From Octopus vulgaris (taxonomy: Eukaryota): a stretch of 64,000 nt of DNA. The stretch covers positions 72,850,001-72,914,000 of the forward strand of contig OX597821.1 in NCBI GenBank assembly GCA_951406725.2, in the 5' to 3' direction. Positions 55,191-64,000 of the stretch are shown here, in pieces. The position numbers and the translations under genes are program-made. Every line of letters begins with the position of its first letter. The first letter of the stretch is position 1. The notes below the pieces were generated by a model, which was given only the letters and a program-made list of their open reading frames with translations, did not search any database and was not told where the DNA came from.

Positions 55191-55427
55191 CAAAAAACCA
55201 CAAAATTTAAGCAATTTCAAAGGCAATGAAAAATAAAAACTGTTACCTTGTTTTTACGGTTATACCTATAGGTTTCGGATTTTTTTAGTAAATAAAATAA
55301 TTTATTTTACTAGGCAAATCCTCATCGGTAATCGAACCATCCAAGACTAACTTATAATTATGAGACCAATAGGCCACTGGTAGTGAAATTTGTAAAACTT
55401 TACAACCCTATATATCTATATATCTAT

Positions 55428-55458
<31 letters not shown>

Positions 55459-55468
55459 TATATATGTG

Positions 55469-55522
<54 letters not shown>

Positions 55523-55771
55523 GAGAGAGAGAGAGAGAGAGAGTGAGGGGTTTAGTACACTGGTGATCTAAACGAATAGGTACGCTAAGTAAGTGCTATA
55601 ATTGGTCATCTGTTAGGTTCTAAGTTCACAGCTGAGACTGGAGTAAACGAACCGTATTAGGTTTCCGAGTGAGCAGCTATATATATCAGAGGAAAAAGGA
55701 CAACAAAAACCAAAGCAGGACAGATATCTCAAGTCATTTAGAATATTTAATTAGAGTAAGGTAATTTTGAA

Positions 55772-55846
55772 GTCTTACAGCTGTTTCGGGATATCTCAAG
55801 TGATAGGCGAGCATATCTGTATACTGGGTATTCCGTCATCAGAGAC
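55772..55846 (-). ncRNA. Type I hammerhead ribozyme
   Basis: Minus strand: gtct-CTGATGA-cggaata...tatccc-GAAAC-agct-GTA-agac; palindromic stem III ACAGCTGT. Confidence 0.88.
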
Positions 55847-56748
55847 AAGGTGAGTATGTATGAAAGTTCTAGACAGGAAATTCACAGCTTATTCAGAATA
55901 TAGAAGAATAAAGAGTAAAGCAGTAGATAGAAGAATACAGAGGACTAGCATCACGCATGAAACTCAGAGTACCAACGAATTTCAATCAAACTGTTTTGAT
56001 CCATACATGTAACTCCCAATCAATTAGTTGAGTGCCCTTCTTTCGTTTGTCCACTCACTCGTATATATATATATATACATACGCACACACCGACCCACAT
56101 ACACTCATGCACACACACACACGCACATATGCACACACACATACATAAGACAAAACACTGATTTTATTCGAATGTTGGAGAAAAGCTAACGGTAAATCGT
56201 TGTTTTGTGGAAATCTTTAAGAAATTGCAAACAACATCAACAAAGCCAAGAATATTTAAGACTCTCCATGAAAACACAATATGCTGGATAAATCACTTGT
56301 AATATATACTTAATGAGGATTAAATTAAGTAAGGAGAATACTTTAACCACTTAACATTATATTTAAAATATTCTATAATTAACGAAATCATCATAGCATT
56401 AATAAAGATTTAACAACAGATTATGTAATTTTAATTGAAGCATGGAATCCTCTCAACGAAGAATTCTTAACCGTATTGTACAGAGATAAATTTCTATTTT
56501 GTTTTCAAATAAATAAATTTTCATACCATGTTATATTTGTTAATTAACGGTTGAGCAGGCAATTCATTGGAAAAACAGTTTCTATTAGCATACAGCCACA
56601 TAACCACAGAAACAAATTTATAGCTGAAAATTCTAATTTACTGCCTCCAGAATTTTAATTTTAAGTTTAAGGCATTCATATTAATTACATACTTGATAAT
56701 GATTTCTCTCCTCTGTATGTGTGTATGTAGGTATGTATGTATGTCTGC

Positions 56749-56813
<65 letters not shown>

Positions 56814-58126
56814 TGGGAGAGAGAGAGAGAGAGAAAGAAAGAGTGAAAGAGGTAATAATGGAGAGAAGCACAGGCTTGATATAAATATATTTACATGGAG
56901 CATAAAAGATGCAGGATAAAACTGCAAAATAAGAAAATATATAATTTCATAACTCGACACCTGTTTCAGGAAGCCCAGAGTTTTGTAATAATCATATTAA
57001 TCATAAACTGTAGACGAAACGTGCAAAAAGTCAGGAATTTTAACCGGTAACAAGTCACAGGAAGAAATTGCAATAAGTTCGGTTCCCATCAAGAGAAGAT
57101 TGGCAAATGCTGTTTCCGTAGTAACGTTAGCAAAAATAAACGGTTAAAGAGAAAAAGAAAGCAGAACGAGAGCAGAGGTGTGGCAAAGAGGAGGAAGGAC
57201 AACATCTAAGAAGAAAAGAAGAAAGATTGAATCGAAGAACCCGAGAGAAGAAAAGAGAAGTGGAAGATATAAAGGTAAAACCAGCCTAGTGAAAGGTTTC
57301 GTCACTGGAGGTAAAGATAATGTTAAGCAGACGATAAGTCAGTCAAGGATGTTAACTGAGCGAACAAAAAAGTCGGAAGAGATAAGCATTGAGGTAAAGG
57401 CGATAAGGTGGGTTGGGTGGATCAATGAAGTCAGGCCATTGTGGCTCTGAAGAGGATGGCGATGGCTTATTATTCGCTACTTTTTTAGTCAATCGAACAT
57501 GAATAGATCGATTAAGATCGAACAATGAAGCTAAATCCCACATATGCGTAACCAAAATATTTGCAAGCCTCAGGAAATGTATAAAATCAATTATTTATGT
57601 GTATTTTAGCATTATTTATGTGTAGCATCCGTGCAACATCTATATTCCTTTCTGTGCCTGTCAAATCTTATGTCCTTGCCGTAAGGCTTTACTTCTACAC
57701 ACGCCAGCTTAACCTAATTCGTCTTTAGTCGAAAGACACCCGTTGTTAATGTCCTGTTATTTGTATTTGTGTACCATTTCTCCGTTTTTTTCATCCTTGT
57801 TTTCGTATACATTCGCTGCTTTCTTCCAAGGAATCTAGTGCTCTTAGCTTAGTTTTTATTTGTTTCCTTGGGGATGGCTAGATTGGAGCAATCTCGAGTA
57901 TAACCAGCCGAAATTGCATATATAATCTGGAACTCGACTGAGGAAAGAAAACTCCGAATGACCAGTCCTTGTTTTCTTTGTATTGTCTATCTGGATGTTT
58001 TGTTGTCCGTTTTTTGTATCACCTGTCTGGATATTTTGCGTTCTTGTCCCATTTTTATATTTTTTATATATAAAAATATAGCGGCGTACGTACACTTTCG
58101 TCTCTCTCTCTCTCTTCTCTTTCTTT

Positions 58127-58217
<91 letters not shown>

Positions 58218-58633
58218 ACCCTAAAGACAAGACGTACTTTTGCCCGTCTCTTTTCAAAGCTCATTTTTTCAGCGTTCACCACTTCACCTCGTCTTGGCTT
58301 AACAGTCCTCACCGTTTGTCCTTACTGTTTTGTTCTAACTATTCTGTTTTTGTTACCACTTTAATCCTCCGCAAAAAATCCCAGATTTTATTTATTTGCT
58401 TTGCGGGAACGCCTGTTTTAACGAAGTCGCGTCTTGTCCCTACTTTCAAAACGCGGAGTAGATAAAACAGGGGATAACTGATGAAGGCAATGTTCTTAAA
58501 TGTTGCCTGTCTCGTTTCTCTATTTGTTTCTTTCGTTGTTCGAAAAAAGTTCGTTTTCTATGTTTTTGCTTTTTATGTTCCCGTTTCTCATTTTGTTCAC
58601 GTATTTTTGAAGTCCTGTACCCATATATGCAAT

Positions 58634-58686
<53 letters not shown>

Positions 58687-58773
58687 AGGTATGTACATAT
58701 ATGTATTTATATATGCATATATTTATATATTATTTATATTATTATATTATCGAACGCATCCATTTCCAAGTAA

Positions 58774-58854
<81 letters not shown>

Positions 58855-59194
58855 ACATGCCAGGGAGATCTCAGCATATCTAGTGAGATATATTTCTACA
58901 TCAAGCACTGATTGGTGCAACGCAACAAGATGCACAATTCCCTGCAGGACAGATGCAAGATGTGTAGAATTGATCGTCATGCTGAATAAAGATTCATACT
59001 AAATCCATCTTCCGTTTCCTTATTCAATTATAAACTCAATAAACACCGCGGATTTCCTGACGTCGATCCAGTTGAAATTATATCATTACTGTGGATGAAC
59101 TGTGGATGACCTCAGACAGTCCAAACAGTGAATGTGCTTCAATCGACATACTTATAGACATATACCCAAAGTCTAAATAAAAAAATAAAAATAA

Positions 59195-59330
59195 ATGCGC
59201 CCTTTTAAAGCCTAGCCAGACTCATGGGCCCGCTTTCCCGGTTTCTATGGCGTATGTGTTCCCCAGCTGGACGGGACGCCAGTCCAACGCAGCGTTACTC
59301 ATTTTTCCCAGCTGAGTGGACTGGAGAATG
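59195..59330 (-). mobile_element. SINE fragment sharing the family C central block with a different tail
   Basis: actcatttttcccagctgagtggactggag is shared with family C; the adjacent sequence differs. Confidence 0.65.
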
Positions 59331-59489
59331 TAAAAAACGGAGAGGTCAATAGCCAGCTGGAGGAGGTTTCCTCCTGGGGCTACAAGCCACAGTAGCATCC
59401 ACCCTTAAGGGTTAGCTACATTTAAGTGGTAAATATACCTCACGATGTCGTGCAGCTACTGTGTATACCTCGCTCAGGGATTTATTATT

Positions 59490-59544
<55 letters not shown>

Positions 59545-59560
59545 CATACACATACACATA

Positions 59561-60047
59561 CAGTAATCCCTCGACTATTGCAGGTGTTACGTTCCAAACC
59601 TCCCGAGACAGGTGAAAATCCACGAAGTAGAAACAGTGCTGTACTGTATATATTTTTATGATTTGTATGTATTTATTTGATTATAAATGCAAAACAACCC
59701 CTCACACTCGCCTCCCGAGTTTCGCTTTCCATACAGTATAAGCGATTCTTTGTTTACTCATCTACGGTACACTACTTATTTCCTTTTAATATATTTTAAT
59801 TAATATGTTACACGGTGTGCAGCACTGTACTGCATTATTATTAATTTATTTATTAATTTTTAAGCGCGGAAATTCTCATTTTACCACAGAAATAATTAAA
59901 ATGTAAAAAAAATATAAATATCTATTGGCTGTAGAACCCCGCGATATACTGAGAAGTCCGCCATATAAATTTACATATATTAGCCAGAAAAATCCTCGAT
60001 GTACTGAGTACGCGATAAGTGAACTGCGATATGGTGAGGGATTACGG
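59561..60047. mobile_element. Tigger/pogo-like MITE
   Basis: TIRs cagtaatccctc / gagggattacgg, flanked by TA on both sides. Confidence 0.85.
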
Positions 60048-60063
60048 TATATATATATATAAA

Positions 60064-60298
60064 GGCGGCGAGCTGGCAGAAACGTTAGCACGCCGGGCGA
60101 AATGCTTTGCGATATTTCGTTTGCCGCTACGTTCTGAGTTCAAATTCCGCCGAGGTCGACTTTGCCTTTCATCCTTTCGGGGTCGATTAAATAAGTACCA
60201 GTTACGCACTGGGGTCGATATAATCGACTTAATCCGTTTGTCTGTCCTTGTTTGTACCTTCTGTGTTTAGCCCTTTGTGGGTAGTAAAGAAGTAGGTA
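60064..60298 (+). mobile_element. SINE A, full length with tail 1
   Basis: Near-identical to 8230-8465; lies between (TA)n tracts. Confidence 0.92.
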
Positions 60299-60428
60299 TA
60301 TATATATATATATATATATTCAACTTATGCCCCCCGTATATAGGACTTTCCAACCAAATTCCCCTTTATAAGTTTAGTCATTTAGTTAGCGCCCAAAGGT
60401 ATCTTCCTTTTATTTATTTATCTATTTT

Positions 60429-60545
60429 CCATTCTGATGAAGCTCCATGATTCAAATCGGTTTTATTACCAACCATGGTATATATTTTTAGCATTAATAA
60501 TAGTGATACCGAAGAACATTGGCAACAGAAACAGCTATAAGATGG
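60429..60545 (+). ncRNA. Decayed hammerhead
   Basis: ccatt-CTGATGA...GAAAC-agct-ATA-agatgg; GTA appears mutated to ATA; same stem III type as 55772. Confidence 0.55.
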
Positions 60546-60793
60546 TAAGCTGTCTTTTTGTAAGTAATTAACAAATAATAATTGATGCTAATCAATTGTT
60601 GTTAATCAATATTATCTCCATTTTCTGTTTTCTTTTCAATTTTGATTCCTGATAAACTCCTGTTTATCGTTGTCTTTACCTAAAATTTATGAGCATAACT
60701 TATTTGCCCATGGTTAAACATAGGTAATTATACCGGTAGCATAATGGATACTTTTATCCCTCAGACGGTTATTTCAAATTCTAACTCGGCTAA

Positions 60794-60845
<52 letters not shown>

Positions 60846-60899
60846 TACATATATGAGTATATATATATATATATAAATATATATACACATACATATATG

Positions 60900-60962
<63 letters not shown>

Positions 60963-60963
<1 letters not shown>

Positions 60964-61205
60964 CATGGTGTAGATGCGGATGTCTTTAAAGTAGGACTGG
61001 ATCTCTTCCTGTCACGTGTCCCGGATGAACCAACTTCACGGCAGGAGGTGCAGATGAGGGCAGCTGCATCGAACTCTCTCATGCATCAGATGGCGTTTGC
61101 TAAAAAGCATCCGTGAGGTAAAATCGTGTAGCAAACCAAATGGCGGTGCCCCAGCATGGCCACAGCTCATTAGCTGAAACTGGAAAAATCAAAATCAAAA
61201 TCAAA
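60963..61205 (+). mobile_element. CR1/L2-group LINE 3' end (same family as 14283-14620)
   Basis: [40 protein letters not shown], then a tail stem-loop and (AAAATC)n terminal repeats. Confidence 0.82.
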
Positions 61206-61581
61206 TTCATATATGTATATTAGTTTCAATGTATGCCCTGTGAAGAATTGAAGCCGCACTTGAACATTCCTAATAAACAATAGGAAAATGAAGAGGATTC
61301 TGAAATGGGACATTGTTGCAGTATATGTGATAATATTTCAGGGTTCAAAAGTCATTTCTATCCGGAAGTATTCGCTTATTTGCCTATAATAGTGGTACAT
61401 ATTTAGTCAGTCATCAGTGGAAGAAGAATCTACATCAGTGTTTGTACTGTAAGGTAAAGAGGTAGTAACAGGTACGGAGTTCGTTAAACCGTGTCATTGT
61501 TACAAGGGTGTGGACATTCAAGGCAATGGACTGATGGATTTGTAGAGTAGGGAACGATATTGTGATATTTAGTCTTATTAA

Positions 61582-61770
61582 CCCCTTCGTTACCAACCCG
61601 GCTAAAACCGGCTCTGGCTTGTTTTCAGATGTTCCACCAAATCTTATACGCAATTTATTTTCCTAACACCAGCTTAATGACAACGAAGTTATTTAACTAA
61701 ATTCTTTGTTATATTTAAAATAATTGAAAGAAAAACAGAGCATCTCAACAGAAATATGGTAACAAAAGGG
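61582..61770. mobile_element. piggyBac-like MITE
   Basis: TTAA at 61578-61581 and 61771-61774; TIRs ccccttcgttacca / tggtaacaaaaggg. Confidence 0.8.
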
Positions 61771-62617
61771 TTAATTGCTGGTAGGGACACCGTATTTCAT
61801 TTAGAAATCATAAGCCAAAGGCTTTTAAGTCAATACTGTGTCTTACTTGTGTTAGCAGTGCGATATAATCTGCAAACATAACTTAAAAGTTAGTTACGTC
61901 CGTTAACGCTATGAGTTCAAACCCCGTCGCGATTGATTTTGCTTTTCATCCGGGGTCAATAAAGTGTCATTCAAGTATTGTGGTCAATAAAGACTATTGT
62001 TCTCTCACCTGTATTTTGAACCTGTCAGAAATAATCAACAGCAGAAGACGCTAGAATTGGTAGAGTGTTGAATTTTGGTACATTCTTTTGGATTTTGTGT
62101 GAGCTCCACAAAACAAAATTCATTTATCAATACGCTTCTGGTGTCAACACCTCCTCTGGCTTGAATTCAAACACTTGAGGACTTGTGGTAATTAAAATCC
62201 GTGCGAAAGGGAATTCAAAGACCTAATCTTCAGCGACTCCACACTGCTGAAAATGATGGTATTTAAGTTCAGTAAAAAGTTACAAAATCTAAGGAATCAC
62301 CTATACTCCTCTGGTGTCCTATAAATTACCTGTACTCTTCTGATGTTAATCACTTGTACTCATTCCACAAAAAATTGCAGACTTGTGTCAAATTTAGAAA
62401 TCATTTTGATATCTGGGTCCACTCATCTAAGATCAATAAACTAGATACCAGTAATGAATTAGGGTTTATTCCTTAGGATTTTGTAACTCTGTACTAAAGT
62501 TAGATATGCTTATCCCATTCAACACTGATGTGTCAGTGAAGGTCTTTCAAGTCCCTTCGGCCAGATTCTTTACCAACAGGTTTTATTCCCCTCAAGACTT
62601 TAGTTTAACCACAGTTA

Positions 62618-62838
62618 TTGTTGTTGTTGTTTTATAGTGTCAGGTCAACTTTGAAGAAGCAGACTATGATCAAAGCCTTCCAGATATGACCACCCTGTCT
62701 TATTTCCAAGCAATATATCCAGGACAGTATTATGTAATGTGTCCATTCGTTTTTAAGTTGGTCAGATGTAGCTTGAGGAAAACTTGGCTGCTATGTCTGA
62801 CAGGTCCTGCGGTTACCTAGAAGCGCCCTCGCTGGTTC
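62618..62838 (-). mobile_element. Retroposon tail ending in (CAA)n; related copy at 3428-3582 (+)
   Basis: Shared gacctg...gcagccaa...cctca motif and (AAC)n terminus. Confidence 0.55.
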
Positions 62839-63019
62839 GTTTAATTGTCATAAGATCTCTTAGAATAAAACTATTGCAAACGGTATAAAACACCCGGACA
62901 AAAAAATCAGTTCTGTATAATTGATAATTCTATGTAAAATATATTATTATACATAATGTCATATATACAATATATATATATATATATATATAATGTATGC
63001 CCTTATATAAATATAAAGT

Positions 63020-63275
63020 TAATCCAAACAAGAAAACAAAAAAGACAACAACGCAAAGAGGTGGAACAATTAAAGTATTATTAGGCGCTAAGGAAATATA
63101 TATATATCGGGAAGGTTTACGAAAATAAACAAAAGACGAAGGCAGGTGGAGTACAAACAAGCAAATGTATTAGTATGGCGCTCAGGAATAGAAATAGAAC
63201 AAGTCTTTTACGTTTCGAGCCTACGCTCTGCGACAGAAAGATACACAGAAAAGAAACAAGGAGAGAAAAAATGCG
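63020..63275 (-). repeat. PLE-terminus-like repeat family; other copies at about 9890-10045 (+) and 45930-46120 (+)
   Basis: Shared agag....tcgaaacgt followed by cc(t)gagcg....ctaata; decayed hammerhead-like cores. Confidence 0.65.
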
Positions 63276-64000
63276 TGTAGGAGCTAACGGTTCATCATGG
63301 CGTTCTATATGTATATATAAAGGGCAAGCAACAAGTTGCTTAGCCACATACCGAAAAATTAGAAATAACAGTCAAAGACCGCTTATTTCTATTTTCTCTA
63401 CCCTTATATTATTAATATATAAATATATATCACATATATATATTTTATATATAAATGCATATAATATTTAATTACACACACATAATTATATGAATAATAT
63501 ATGGTGTATATATGATATGAAATCATATATATATATAATATGTATAATTCTATATAATCACCAGATTTCAGGAAAGACTATGTTGAGAAGTAAAACTACG
63601 GAAGGCAAAAAGATGGGATTGTTGTTATATGCACTAAACGGGAATATTTCTACTCTATCAGGTTTATTGCTTTCTGCCATATTAACTGTAATCATAATAT
63701 ATAGTTTTCATGGTGAATTATCTCTAGAGTGCTTCTGTAAAAAGCATGAAACAAGGACTCTGCTAAAAGAATCAACAGGAATGAAAAAAGAAAAAAAGAA
63801 AGCAATGCGGATAGCATTTGAAGAAACGAGACATGTTGCTGGTTCGTCATCTTGCCCTGAGCAATAGAAATACATTATTAATGTAGGAAAATGAAGCGTG
63901 TGAGGAGATGGAATATATTTTCTTGTATAGATTCATAAATACGATTTGTCCAGTGGCTTGGCAGTAAGAATTAACCGTTTTTATAAATAATGAACAAACT

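Noticed and set aside
58477-58510. CTGATGA followed by an aggcaa...ttgcct stem
   Set aside because: No GAAA or cleavage triplet follows; at best a half motif.

Overview
Eukaryotic, AT-rich and very microsatellite-dense DNA, either intergenic or intronic. The repeat repertoire (tRNA-derived Meta-/CORE-like SINEs, Penelope-like elements, RTE, Tx1, CR1-group and R4/Dong-like LINE relics) suggests a coleoid cephalopod, probably Octopus (inference). I found no intact host protein-coding gene, and most listed ORFs are translations of (TA)n/(CA)n repeats. The real coding relics are two Naiad-type Penelope-like elements (PLEs; RT and/or GIY-YIG), a Neptune-type PLE, several LINE fragments and a possible MULE transposase, plus mariner-, Tigger- and piggyBac-type MITEs. 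The main hidden signal is about a dozen type I hammerhead ribozyme motifs. Most lie in short non-coding PLE-terminus cassettes embedded in (TA)n tracts, and three of these cassettes are arranged as inverted repeats. One family carries a compensated U3:A8 catalytic core. Also notable are a twin-priming-type 5' inversion in a PLE and a LINE/SINE shared 3' stem-loop with compensatory changes. All structures were read by eye, and no searches or folding programs were run.
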